NCBI GenBank assembly: GCA_038207395.1
Contig: JBBQZW010000001.1
Location: forward strand, 142,862 to 206,861
Reading direction: 5' to 3'
DNA from: Minisyncoccia bacterium
GTDB lineage: Bacteria > Patescibacteriota > Minisyncoccia > Phycocordibacterales > Phycocordibacteraceae
Length of the DNA stretch: 64,000 bases
Shown piece by piece: positions 32,540 to 42,647 of this stretch. The notes under the pieces are model-generated. The model ran no database searches. It saw only the letters and a list, made by a program, of their open reading frames with translations, and was not told where the DNA came from. The first letter of the stretch is position 1. Every line of letters begins with the position of its first letter. A program made the translations under genes and the position numbers.

Positions 32540-33292
32540 GTGGTAAGAATGGTCTTTTCAGGCCGTCAGTACCTATATATGATCAAGCGTATTCCTCTCT
32601 TTACCCTATTCCTCATTTTGGGATTGGCTCTGAACACCACCTCGACTCACGCATCAATACCAAAGGGTGTTCGTGTATGTCACACGTATTCCAGCACCAT
32701 TAGATATGGTCAGCAAGATACAGGATCAATAACTGAAGTTAGCGACTTACAGCAAACATTAAACTCGCAAGAGTACTTTGATTCTGCGAATCTTGGTACG
32801 GGACATTTTGGCCCAATTACACTTAGAGCGGTAAAACGTTTCCAGATTGATCATGGTATTCCAGGAACAGGATTTGTTGGACCCCTTACGCGTACTGCGC
32901 TGAATACAAGCCAGACAGGATGCGGTATCGGAGAATCTCCTGCAACACTCTATTCTGCTTCCCCAACCTCTGCATCTGCAAGTACCACTATTTCTGTACG
33001 CGGCTTCGGTTTCTCAAAGACAAATACTATTCTACTTGATGGCTTTGTAGCGGCGCGTGATATTCCCATAACCTCATCTGTTGCCATTTCATGCACCACC
33101 GACTCTTCTTGCCATGGAGGAATAAACCAAACGATAACGTTTGTTCTTCAGAATTATCTTTCTCCGTACTGTCCTCCTGGCTCCATGTGTCCGCTCTATG
33201 TACGCGTGGCAGCGTCGGGTACGTATAATCTCACCGTACGGAATGACGCCGGAGTAAGCACCAACGGATTACCGTTTACAATTAGCGAATAA
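32540..33292 (+). CDS. Secreted protein with a peptidoglycan-binding (PG_binding_1) domain. The probable start is near 32579.
   Basis: Signal/TM segment, then LQQTLNSQEYFDSANLGTGHFGPITLRAVKRFQIDHGIPGTGFVGPLTRTAL. Confidence 0.6.
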   Translation: MVRMVFSGRQYLYMIKRIPLFTLFLILGLALNTTSTHASIPKGVRVCHTYSSTIRYGQQDTGSITEVSDLQQTLNSQEYFDSANLGTGHFGPITLRAVKRFQIDHGIPGTGFVGPLTRTALNTSQTGCGIGESPATLYSASPTSASASTTISVRGFGFSKTNTILLDGFVAARDIPITSSVAISCTTDSSCHGGINQTITFVLQNYLSPYCPPGSMCPLYVRVAASGTYNLTVRNDAGVSTNGLPFTISE

Positions 33293-33294
33293 GT

Positions 33295-33726
33295 CTACTG
33301 ACTCTGCGCGCCTGAAGCTCCGTACCACGTCTTTTGCCATGCTTTCATTTGAGCGATTTCAGAATTCTGTGCAGTAATAATATTTTGCGCAAGATCTTTC
33401 ACTTCCTGATGCTTTGCATCCCGAAGCGCAGCCTGTGCCATAACAACAGCTCCTTCATGGTGGGTAGTCATCTCGCTAAGAAAGGCTTTATCAAATGCAT
33501 CCCCAGTCTTTCCTTCGAGTGCGGCCATCATACCGTCCATGCTTTCGTGCATACTCATTTCATCGTTCCCCATTTTGTCATGCATCATCATTTCATCAGA
33601 CATTGAGTGCTCCATACTCATTTCATTATATCCAGCCTGAGAAACCATAAGACCTCCTGCTGCTCCAAGTCCAATACCAAGCACTGCTGCCATCACAATC
33701 TTAATATCAATGTTTTTTGTGTTCAT
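33295..33726 (-). CDS. DUF305 domain protein with a Met/His-rich N-terminal region (paralog A).
   Basis: TM anchor, Met-rich stretch MSMEHSMSDEMMMHDKMGNDEMSMHESMDGMM, then TTHHEGAVVMAQ... (DUF305). Confidence 0.7.
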   Translation of the reverse strand: MNTKNIDIKIVMAAVLGIGLGAAGGLMVSQAGYNEMSMEHSMSDEMMMHDKMGNDEMSMHESMDGMMAALEGKTGDAFDKAFLSEMTTHHEGAVVMAQAALRDAKHQEVKDLAQNIITAQNSEIAQMKAWQKTWYGASGAQSQ

Positions 33727-33836
33727 ATAGAGAAAGTATACCCTGTCTCTTCCATACCCTTCACAAGACCTATGAATAACCTATTTATAAGGAATATAAG
33801 AGCATCTTGTTCATTATTGGATCGTGAAGTAGGCTA

Positions 33837-34460
33837 GTGCTAACGCTGTTCTTTCACACTATAGATAAGGATCACGCAGTGCTACAGGAAAAGATTCATT
33901 CGAAGCCAAAGAGCAAAAAGGTACCCCGTGCGCTTCGCGCACGCCGCTACTTCGTTCGTCTCGCTCTTTCAAAAGAGCGCCGGCAGGTACAGTACCTATA
34001 CCGGATACATCCTCCTGTTTCTCGTCCATTCTTTCCGAGCGATGAAACACTCCGATCACTGCTTCAAACACTCCCAGACGTACACTTTCTTCGCTGCACC
34101 CGTACGCGGCAGTATGACCGCCTGTACGTTCACACATTTAAAAATAATGTGTTCAATGCACGGGCGAAACGTATTGATCGTGAAAAGCATGCTGCGTTTA
34201 TGGCTGAACTCGGTGCGCACTGCTCGGAAGAGTCAGTGATACCTCAGCATGTCGTAGATGCATGCCGTGTGTTTCTTTCAGCAAACGAATTTGTATCTGT
34301 TGAATGGGACGGCATACAACTGATTGCCTATAATGCGGATGGATACCGCTATGAATGGCGGATATTTCATACTCCCGTTGGCTATGGCAAGGCATTTCGG
34401 GCCTTGTATCGCATCTGCAGAACAGAACGTCCGTTCATCTTTGGAACCGCTCCTCCGTGA
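33837..34460 (+). CDS. Hypothetical basic protein.
   Basis: It is a 207-aa ORF ending in a hairpin terminator (GAACCGCTC-ctccgt-GAGCGGTTC-TTTT). No domain call. Confidence 0.4.
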   Translation: MLTLFFHTIDKDHAVLQEKIHSKPKSKKVPRALRARRYFVRLALSKERRQVQYLYRIHPPVSRPFFPSDETLRSLLQTLPDVHFLRCTRTRQYDRLYVHTFKNNVFNARAKRIDREKHAAFMAELGAHCSEESVIPQHVVDACRVFLSANEFVSVEWDGIQLIAYNADGYRYEWRIFHTPVGYGKAFRALYRICRTERPFIFGTAPP

Positions 34461-34487
34461 GCGGTTCTTTTATATCCCCTTATTACT

Positions 34488-35108
34488 TCATTTAATTTCT
34501 ACCAACACTTCATTTCGCGTCATCCACGGCGGAGTCCAGGGAGCGTTGTACCCGGCATACTGTGGCTCTCCAAGTATCGTTACCCCGTCGCGCTCCAGAG
34601 CCATTAGTAATTTTTGTTTCTTTGCTTGAACACGTGCATCGGTACGCAGCCAAGCGAAGCGAATGACGGCCATTTTCTTTTCAGGGATGGTGACGATTTG
34701 TACACGAGAGTCTGTGGGGGTCGGGAGTGTATCAAGGGTGTATGAACGCGGCATACCGAACGCTATGATGTGCGACTCCCCTTCTATTGAGGCAATAACC
34801 GGCGCAGTCATCGCAATCGACTCAGATGCTGAACTCTTTTCCACAACAGGCGCAGTCATCGCAATCGACTCTTTCTTTGTATTACCTCCAAAAATATAGC
34901 CTGCAACTATAGTAAATCCCTTATTCAAAGCTTCTTTATACGATCCAGTAACCACGGTCTGAGCAACAATGTGTGCAGGATATAGACGAACTTCGTACTC
35001 TTTTTTGGTCTCAAGCACTGAGTATTCGGTATGTTCAACGCGCGATGAAAAATATCCCCACACAGACCACACAACAATTACTCCGATTACTCCATATAGA
35101 ATGTTCAT
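34488..35108 (-). CDS. SOUL heme-binding family protein with an internal tandem duplication.
   Basis: N-terminal TM segment and SOUL-like blocks. The duplicated segment is ESIAMTAPVVEKSSAS / ESIAMTAPVIASIEG. Confidence 0.6.
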   Translation of the reverse strand: MNILYGVIGVIVVWSVWGYFSSRVEHTEYSVLETKKEYEVRLYPAHIVAQTVVTGSYKEALNKGFTIVAGYIFGGNTKKESIAMTAPVVEKSSASESIAMTAPVIASIEGESHIIAFGMPRSYTLDTLPTPTDSRVQIVTIPEKKMAVIRFAWLRTDARVQAKKQKLLMALERDGVTILGEPQYAGYNAPWTPPWMTRNEVLVEIK

Positions 35109-35182
35109 ATACTTAGCATATCAGGTAACTGAAACTACCCAAATACTACCTCTTACCAACATCAGACTGATACACTTAGTTA

Positions 35183-35764
35183 ATGAGCTTAGCTAAGATC
35201 CATAGAGAGATACTGGCCCATGAAAGTAATCGTCACTTTACAGAAAAAGGGTTCGCTCCTCTTTATTCAGTATCTCGATCAGCAAAAATAGTAATTATTG
35301 GTCAAGCACCGGGAAGAAAAGCACAGGAATCAGGTATTCCTTGGAACGACATAAGTGGTGATACGTTGCGAAACTGGTTAGGAGTTGATAGAGAGATGTT
35401 TTACAACAAGGAACTAATCGCACTTCTCCCTATGGATTTCTACTATCCCGGAAAAGGTACGACAGGAGACCTGCCACCTCGAAAAGAATTTGCACCACGG
35501 TGGCATGAGCGAATACTAAAAGAAATGTCAGACGTACAGTTAGTGGTGCTGATCGGGAGCTATTCACAGAAATACTACTTGAAGGATAGGCTAGAAAAGA
35601 ATCTAACAGAAACAGTTAGGAATTATAAGAAATACATGCCGAGATACTTTGTACTCGTTCACCCTTCTCCTTTAAACGCACGGTGGCAGGCAAAAAATCC
35701 TTGGTTTACAAAAGACATACTCCCTCCGCTTCGAGCAAAAATACGAAGCATCCTGAAAGCATAG
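35183..35764 (+). CDS. Uracil-DNA glycosylase superfamily protein (family 4-like).
   Basis: Motif A GQAPG and motif B HPSPLN. Confidence 0.7.
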   Translation: MSLAKIHREILAHESNRHFTEKGFAPLYSVSRSAKIVIIGQAPGRKAQESGIPWNDISGDTLRNWLGVDREMFYNKELIALLPMDFYYPGKGTTGDLPPRKEFAPRWHERILKEMSDVQLVVLIGSYSQKYYLKDRLEKNLTETVRNYKKYMPRYFVLVHPSPLNARWQAKNPWFTKDILPPLRAKIRSILKA

Positions 35765-35770
35765 CGTACC

Positions 35771-38380
35771 CTATTTCGATGAAGGAGCTCCTGACGTATT
35801 TCTAAACAATTTTTTCCCAGCCTCGATTAGCGCTATATTAACGAATCCAATCAGAAGAACTCCGAGTACCCAAGTGAATGGAAGTGAGACAGTACCGAAG
35901 AGCACTTGTAGAACAGGAACGTATATTGCAACTCCCATCAGAACAAAACCTATCAGTATTCCCCCTGTTAGGTAGCGGTTAGAAAATAGCGGGTACGAAA
36001 GTATACTCTTGTCCAAACTTCGCACTGACAGCGCTACGAGCAATGTATAGGTGCCAAACGCTGCAAACGTGAAGGTGCGCACGAGTTCAGTGTCATAACC
36101 AAGGTGTAGGAGAACGGCATACACCACCAGAAGAAGGATGCTTGTTGTGGTACCGATAATAAGAATAAGGAATTTCATAAGCGGGTCAAACAGCTCTATC
36201 TTTCCTTTCTTAGGCCGGTGCGAGAGTCCATCTGAATCTTTCTCAAAGGCAAATGCAATAGCAGGAAAACTATCCGAGAAGAAATTCACCCAGAGTATTT
36301 GTAGTGCATTGAGTGGTAACGGCAGCCCGATAAGGAGTGATCCTCCAATCAAAACGAGTCCATCAGCAACGTTTGAGAGTAAGTACACAAGTACTTTTCG
36401 AAGGTTACTAAGAATCTGTCGGCCCTCCTCAATGGCCGCAACTATCGTCTCAAAGTTATCATCCAGGAGCACCAAGTCTGCAACACTCTGAGCTACCTCA
36501 GTTCCTGAGCCCATAGCAATACCAATATCTGCTTGCTTTATACTTGGCGCATCATTCACCCCGTCACCGGTCATAGCCACGATCTCACCTGACTCTTGGA
36601 AAAGCTTAACTATACGTAATTTATCAAAAGGGGTAACCCGGGAAATTACTGAAATATGAGGTAAGCGTTTTCGCAGCTCTTCTTCTGAAAGCGAAATAAG
36701 TTCTGAGGCATCGAGTACCGATCCCGGAGTTATCGTCATACCAATCTCACGAGCTACCGCCGTGGCCGTTCCCTGATGATCCCCAGTCATAATCACTGTT
36801 TTAATACCAGCGCGTCTAACCCTATCAATAGTATCTTTAATCCCGTGACGAATAGGGTCACGGAACGTGATGAATCCATCAAAGGAAATAGCATCCGTAG
36901 AGAGATTCTCTGCGAGTGAGTAATCTTCAGTGTGTACTATTTTTTTAGACGCAACGCCAAGAACCCGTTCACCTGAGGCCGCTAACTCTGCTACTTGTTC
37001 GAGCATGGATGCTTTCTCTTTCTCAGTTAGAGCAGAGCACTGAAGCAATATATCTGGTGCGCCAAAGAAGATAATCCTATGCGTGCGTCCTTCTTTAACT
37101 AGTGACGCAGAATACTTGTGAACAGCATTAAAGGGCACCGTTTGTAGGACGTGTTTCTTATCTGAAATAACATCGAGAGGCATACCGCGGAGTGCAGCTG
37201 AGCGAACCAGGCTCGTTTCCATTATTCTTCCGTTCATGCGCCAATTCTCTGGCTCATCATCGGGATTTTCTATAAGTACCGTTGCATTAGTGAGCGCGCG
37301 CATAAGAAGTTCATCCTCAGACATTCCGGACGAGAGTATCTTAGAGAGCACCATTTTAGCCATAGTGAGCGTACCTGTCTTATCCGTCAGAATAACGGTT
37401 GTACTCCCGAGCGCCTCTGCTGCAACTAGTTTTCGGACAACTCCCTTACGCTTTGCCATTCGCTCAACTCCTATGGCAAGAATTACGGTCATGGAAATAG
37501 GAAGCCCTTCAGGTATGGCCGAAACAGCAAGCGCAACTGCAGTAAGGAACATTTCAACCACTGGCTCGCCGAGTGAAATCCCAACAATAAAAACAATTAG
37601 TGTTAGCGAGCCAAGGAGAATACTTAGTCCAACACTAAATCGAGAGATGGCTTCCTGGAGCGGCGTTTTTTCATTTTCAGCTTGCTCAATTGAAGTCGCA
37701 ATCTTACCAAACTCAGTACTTCCATTCGTACGGCACACAATAGCAGCGGCAACACCCTGCGTGACGAGGGTACCGGCAAAAATCATTGAGTTCTGATCCG
37801 CAAGACCCGCAGCCTCTGGTGAGGAATCTGCTGACTTCCCCACAGGAAGTGACTCCCCCGTTAATACGGCTTCATCAACCTGAAAATCGTTTACAAAAAT
37901 AATGCGCGCATCAGCGGGTACTCTATCTCCTTGAGCAAGTCGAATAATGTCTCCCGGTACAATCTCTTCTGCATCAATCTCCCGTTCTTTTCCATCACGA
38001 ATTACGCGCGTTCTTTGCTTAAGATAGTTTTTAAGTTCTGAAAGCGCTTTCTCTGCTTTATTTTCCTGGTAAAAACCGAGTATCGAATTCACCACCACTG
38101 CAATAAAGATAAAGAATGCATCCTTATAATGCGCAATACTTAGCGTAATTCCCACCGCTAACAGCAGTACCAGGATGAGCGGACTCTTAAACTGATTAAA
38201 GAATATCTGTAGCCAGGGCGCCCGTTTTGCAGACTCAAGCGCATTTCTGCCGAACAGAGCTAGGCGTTCCCCAGCCACTTCACCAGAGAGTCCCTTTTCG
38301 ATGTCACTTTGAAAAAACGCCTCTGTGTCCTCAAGGGAAATACTCCAGAACTTCTTTTCTTGTATCTGCTGCTGATTCAT
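35771..38380 (-). CDS. Cation-transporting P-type ATPase (type II, Ca2+/Mg2+-like).
   Basis: 869 aa with DKTGTLT, TGDGVNDAPS, the N-terminal cation ATPase domain and 10 TM helices. Confidence 0.9.
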   Translation of the reverse strand: MNQQQIQEKKFWSISLEDTEAFFQSDIEKGLSGEVAGERLALFGRNALESAKRAPWLQIFFNQFKSPLILVLLLAVGITLSIAHYKDAFFIFIAVVVNSILGFYQENKAEKALSELKNYLKQRTRVIRDGKEREIDAEEIVPGDIIRLAQGDRVPADARIIFVNDFQVDEAVLTGESLPVGKSADSSPEAAGLADQNSMIFAGTLVTQGVAAAIVCRTNGSTEFGKIATSIEQAENEKTPLQEAISRFSVGLSILLGSLTLIVFIVGISLGEPVVEMFLTAVALAVSAIPEGLPISMTVILAIGVERMAKRKGVVRKLVAAEALGSTTVILTDKTGTLTMAKMVLSKILSSGMSEDELLMRALTNATVLIENPDDEPENWRMNGRIMETSLVRSAALRGMPLDVISDKKHVLQTVPFNAVHKYSASLVKEGRTHRIIFFGAPDILLQCSALTEKEKASMLEQVAELAASGERVLGVASKKIVHTEDYSLAENLSTDAISFDGFITFRDPIRHGIKDTIDRVRRAGIKTVIMTGDHQGTATAVAREIGMTITPGSVLDASELISLSEEELRKRLPHISVISRVTPFDKLRIVKLFQESGEIVAMTGDGVNDAPSIKQADIGIAMGSGTEVAQSVADLVLLDDNFETIVAAIEEGRQILSNLRKVLVYLLSNVADGLVLIGGSLLIGLPLPLNALQILWVNFFSDSFPAIAFAFEKDSDGLSHRPKKGKIELFDPLMKFLILIIGTTTSILLLVVYAVLLHLGYDTELVRTFTFAAFGTYTLLVALSVRSLDKSILSYPLFSNRYLTGGILIGFVLMGVAIYVPVLQVLFGTVSLPFTWVLGVLLIGFVNIALIEAGKKLFRNTSGAPSSK

Positions 38381-38403
38381 ACCATCACTCTGTACATACT
38401 TTT

Positions 38404-38802
38404 TTAGAAGCCGATCTTAGCGGCAATAAAAAAAGTAACCGTAGAAACTAGGGCACCAAGTGTCGCTCCCCACGCCATATCAACTACCGTTACTAAAAGC
38501 GGCCAATCTTTAAGGGTCGCAAGATTAGTAAGATCATAGGTTGCATAGGTAATGAGACCAAAAAGAGCGCCATACAAAAGTGCGTGCATCCAAGATCCTT
38601 TTTCTACTGCAGGGGCAATTACGAAGAGTACTAGACCAATAATAAACAAGAAGTAGAACGTGAGTGCTGCCACCCAATTAATATTTCCTTTCATTAAAAA
38701 ACCGATCTGTGATGCGTAAAATGAATTCGCCACTAATCCTAACCAGACCATATCAATGGCAAAAAATACCGGTAGCGCAATTGCGTAGAGTTTGATGAAC
38801 AT
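38404..38802 (-). CDS. Small polytopic membrane protein (DUF2177-like).
   Basis: Four TM helices. The family assignment is tentative. Confidence 0.4.
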   Translation of the reverse strand: MFIKLYAIALPVFFAIDMVWLGLVANSFYASQIGFLMKGNINWVAALTFYFLFIIGLVLFVIAPAVEKGSWMHALLYGALFGLITYATYDLTNLATLKDWPLLVTVVDMAWGATLGALVSTVTFFIAAKIGF

Positions 38803-38828
38803 ATAGATACTATACCTCGAGCTCCTGA

Positions 38829-39938
38829 CTACCAGTCAATAGCAAATAACTTCTTATATTCAAGGAACTCCTCTCGCTCCCATCCCGCTATGAGGTACCC
38901 TGACATAAAGCTAGTAATAATGCCGGTGCCTCCAAACGCAGTAGAAGCAATATGATTAGTGCCGGCAATTTCACCTATGTAGGGAAGACCGCGCTTTGCA
39001 GGAAAAAAGGAAGCACTCCATGCGCTCTGACGTACGTAGGTATGATCAATCCCAAAGAGTGCTGTTCCGTAGTCTGCAAGAAGTGCATACTTTTCTTCAT
39101 CAGCTTCTGCGCTTGGAGTATATGCGTTTTCATATACGTCCTCTCCTCCAATCCAAAGACGCGTTCCATCAAAGGAGCGAATATAGTGGTACGGCTCATC
39201 GGTGTCCCACATCACGCATGACCGAAATAGTTCCGGAAGCTGTTCCTTTTCGTACGAAAGAACGAAGGTGCGCTTATGCTCAATCTCAAAAGTATCGGGG
39301 AGTAATCCCCCACCATCACCAGTTGCTATAATCACTTTCTTTCCATGAAAGACTTCTCCCGTTTCAGTCGTTACCATCCCTCCATCAAGACTACGTACGT
39401 TCTGATTGTAGAGAATGTCACCCCCTTGCACTCGAGTGATATCAGCAAGTATCTTTAGTATCTTTTGATTATTCGTTACCCCTTCCCCATGGATGGTAAG
39501 TACTGCTCTAAATGACGGGTGGGGCAGATGTTCTGTTTCAAGAGTTACGTGCGCACCAATACTTTTATAGAACGCATATTTCTCTTCTAAGACAGGAATA
39601 TCTTCATCTTTATAGGCATAAAAGTACGCAGGCATACGATCCGTTCTGAAATGGTCTTCCCCTAACTGGTGAGCAAATTCACTAAGCAGATCAATACCAT
39701 TAGCGCAGAGCTGCCAAAGCTGTTTCGCTCCCTCGATACCAAATCGCTCAGTAACAACACCCCACTCAGCGTCGGGATCATGATTCATTTCTGCTGTTGA
39801 AGCAAAGCTCGCACTCGTTGTGCCATCACTACCGTCAAGGACGAGCACTGAGTGCTCGTCCTTGGAAAGGTGATATGCAGATGAAAGACCAGCTATGCCC
39901 GCCCCAATAACTACGTAGTCATATTCGCGTGGTTCCAT
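38829..39938 (-). CDS. FAD-dependent oxidoreductase (DAO family).
   Basis: GxGxxG Rossmann motif (YDYVVIGAGIAGLSSAYHL). Confidence 0.75.
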   Translation of the reverse strand: MEPREYDYVVIGAGIAGLSSAYHLSKDEHSVLVLDGSDGTTSASFASTAEMNHDPDAEWGVVTERFGIEGAKQLWQLCANGIDLLSEFAHQLGEDHFRTDRMPAYFYAYKDEDIPVLEEKYAFYKSIGAHVTLETEHLPHPSFRAVLTIHGEGVTNNQKILKILADITRVQGGDILYNQNVRSLDGGMVTTETGEVFHGKKVIIATGDGGGLLPDTFEIEHKRTFVLSYEKEQLPELFRSCVMWDTDEPYHYIRSFDGTRLWIGGEDVYENAYTPSAEADEEKYALLADYGTALFGIDHTYVRQSAWSASFFPAKRGLPYIGEIAGTNHIASTAFGGTGIITSFMSGYLIAGWEREEFLEYKKLFAIDW

Positions 39939-39973
39939 AGACCTAGCATAGCATCTAGGCTACGGTGCCTGTG

Positions 39974-41155
39974 CTAGATATAGTTGAGATAGTCTCCGTA
40001 CCCAAGCTTTTCCATATCTGCTTTTGGAATGAATTTAAGAGCAGCTGAGTTCATGCAGTATCGCTTACCTCCTCGTTCCCGTGGACCATCATCAAAGACG
40101 TGGCCGAGGTGTGAATCTGCAATAGCTGAGCGAATTTCTGTTCGTGAGGTGAAAAGTCCTTTGTCTACTTTTTCAACTACGGCAGTTGGGGTGATTGGTT
40201 TAACAAATGAAGGCCAGCCTGTTCCAGAATCAAACTTATCCTTTGAAGAATAGAGTGGTTCACCTGACACAACATCTACATACAAACCATCAGCGTAGTT
40301 CTTATCATATTCGTTTGTGTGAGGCCGTTCGGTGCCGTTCTGCTGCGTTACATTGTATTGAACGGGTGTAAGTGTTGATTGAAGTTCAGTGCTTGATGGT
40401 TTTACAAAGTGCTCCCAAGCGTGTCCAGTTGTGTTTTCAGTCATAGAAGTGGGGTTAGTCTTAGTGGAAGAATGTTCCGGCGTTGGGGTTGGTATGGTGT
40501 CTGTCCCCCAGTGCTTTGTAATAAAGGCGTCTCTACCCGATGCAGCGCGGTAGTACGAATATCGCACAGGATTCTTTTGCGCATAATCCTGATGATATTC
40601 TTCTGCCGGCCAGAACGGTACCGAAGGGACAATGTAGAGAGCTAATGGTTTTTCATATATCTTGCGTGCATTAATATCTTTTACGACATTCTCTGCAGCA
40701 GCTTTTTCTTCAGGTGAGGAGTAGTATGCAGCAGATGTGTATTCAATCCCCCGATCGTGGAACGATCCGGAAGGATCAGTGGCGTCGCTGTGACGGATAA
40801 GATAATCGACGAGATTTCCATAACTAATTTTAGTAGGGTCGTACGTTACCTCCACTACCTCTCTAAATCCGCGCTTCGCATAGTCTTCGTAGGTTGGGTT
40901 TTCACCGGTACCGCCTGCGTATCCGGACACGACACTAATTACTCCCGTATATTTCTGCAAATCAGCTTGTGTACACCAGAAGCACCCTCCTGCCAGGATG
41001 GCTTTTGCTGTTGTCGTTGAGGTGGTACCAGCATCATGCATGGACTCCTTAGACATTCTTTCTTTTTCACTATTTGAGCGCGCATAGGCAAGATACGCAG
41101 TTCCCACAATACCAAGCACCACAATGATTGAAATTAGTACGGTATATTTTTTCAT
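39974..41155 (-). CDS. msrAB: Membrane-anchored bifunctional methionine sulfoxide reductase MsrA/MsrB fusion.
   Basis: N-terminal TM segment, MsrA GGCFWC motif, and a C-terminal MsrB/SelR domain (RYCMNSAAL). Confidence 0.85.
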   Translation of the reverse strand: MKKYTVLISIIVVLGIVGTAYLAYARSNSEKERMSKESMHDAGTTSTTTAKAILAGGCFWCTQADLQKYTGVISVVSGYAGGTGENPTYEDYAKRGFREVVEVTYDPTKISYGNLVDYLIRHSDATDPSGSFHDRGIEYTSAAYYSSPEEKAAAENVVKDINARKIYEKPLALYIVPSVPFWPAEEYHQDYAQKNPVRYSYYRAASGRDAFITKHWGTDTIPTPTPEHSSTKTNPTSMTENTTGHAWEHFVKPSSTELQSTLTPVQYNVTQQNGTERPHTNEYDKNYADGLYVDVVSGEPLYSSKDKFDSGTGWPSFVKPITPTAVVEKVDKGLFTSRTEIRSAIADSHLGHVFDDGPRERGGKRYCMNSAALKFIPKADMEKLGYGDYLNYI

Positions 41156-41186
41156 ATGTTAAGTATACTTTACATTACGCGAATCG

Positions 41187-42647
41187 TCACCCTTCCCGGA
41201 CTCTCCAGATTGTTCTGAGAAGACTCATGATGTTAGGGGTTAATTTCTGAGACTGGTACGTGCCTGCAACCCTTCTGATTATCCTAGCGGCCGTAGGGTA
41301 CGGCGCTACTCGGTTAAACAGGTCTGCTACTTTCAGACCATTGGACTTTGCGAGGAGTAGTTCACCTAGTATCTCCCCTGCTTGAGGCGCTACCAGCGTA
41401 CCTCCGAGCAGCGTACCTCCGTTCCCGACAAAGAGTTTAAGAAAACCTCGCGAGCTATCTACTATCGCCCTATCATCCTCTTCGAGCGTAGACACGAATT
41501 CTTGATACGGCGTCTTACTGATACCTAACTCATTCGCTGAACGGCCAAACGTCGCGATCTCCGGACTTGTATACGTTACCCACCCAAAAGAATCTGTGTT
41601 CAGTTTCTTTTTAAAGACCCCAAAGAAGTTAGTTATCACCGTCTTTGCATGGAGCTCTGCAGCATGAGTAAACATGAGCCCTCCCGCAACATCCCCAACC
41701 ACGAACACGTGTTTGTTTGTTGTTCTCAAATAAGGGTCAACGATAAGTCTTGTCCCTTCAGGAGTTGTCATAATTCCTGCTTTTTCTAAGTCTAGATTGT
41801 CGATATTTAGCACTCTTCCAATGCCAACAAATAACGCATCAGCAGCAATACTCTTTTCTCCCTCAGACGTAATAACTATCAATGCACCGTTCTCATACTT
41901 CGCGGGCTTTGATCCAAGCATGAGCGTGATACCCATGGAGGTTAGCTCGTTCTGCATGAACTCAGATACTGCAGGATCTTCTTTCTCTAACAAATGAGTG
42001 CCCCCATGAACAATAGTCACTTCAGAACCGAGCATGGAAAATGCTTGGCCAAGCTCGAGCGATATCGGACCACCTCCAATGAATACGAATTTCTTAGGCA
42101 AGGTCTCCATGCTGAAGACATTCTCATTTGTATATACTGGTACCGCCGTACTACCTTCACTGAGGCCAGGGAGCTCAAGCGTGCGGGGGCGCGAACCTGT
42201 TGCAAGGACAATCTTCTTTCCTTGATACTCGGTGTCGTTCACGACGACACTTCTCTTCCCATTGAATTTCGCCTCTCCAAGAACTACCGTTATTCCGAGA
42301 TTTCTGAAATGTTCAGCATTCTCATGCTCGCGTATGACCTCTTGTTTTTCTTTGACGTACGCCATTACTTTTTTAATATCAACATCTTCGCTTCCTTGTG
42401 TACGAGTCTTCTCACTAAAGAATCCAGCTTCATGCGCCTTTGCGCCTGCATGTATTTCACGCGCCGCGTGAATCAGTGCCTTAGAAGGAACGCAGCCTGC
42501 ATTTAAACAATCTCCTCCAATCGTTTCATCTCTCTTATCAATCAGTAAAACCTTCAACCCTATGCGGTTCATAAAGACCGCAATATTAAGGCCACCAGAC
42601 CCTGCGCCAATGACAATTACATCAAATTTATTGGTATCTTTTTTCAT
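41187..42647 (-). CDS. Class I pyridine nucleotide-disulfide oxidoreductase (dihydrolipoamide dehydrogenase / mercuric reductase-like).
   Basis: GAGSGG FAD site, redox-active CLNAGCVPSK, and a second Rossmann region. Confidence 0.8.
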   Translation of the reverse strand: MKKDTNKFDVIVIGAGSGGLNIAVFMNRIGLKVLLIDKRDETIGGDCLNAGCVPSKALIHAAREIHAGAKAHEAGFFSEKTRTQGSEDVDIKKVMAYVKEKQEVIREHENAEHFRNLGITVVLGEAKFNGKRSVVVNDTEYQGKKIVLATGSRPRTLELPGLSEGSTAVPVYTNENVFSMETLPKKFVFIGGGPISLELGQAFSMLGSEVTIVHGGTHLLEKEDPAVSEFMQNELTSMGITLMLGSKPAKYENGALIVITSEGEKSIAADALFVGIGRVLNIDNLDLEKAGIMTTPEGTRLIVDPYLRTTNKHVFVVGDVAGGLMFTHAAELHAKTVITNFFGVFKKKLNTDSFGWVTYTSPEIATFGRSANELGISKTPYQEFVSTLEEDDRAIVDSSRGFLKLFVGNGGTLLGGTLVAPQAGEILGELLLAKSNGLKVADLFNRVAPYPTAARIIRRVAGTYQSQKLTPNIMSLLRTIWRVREG

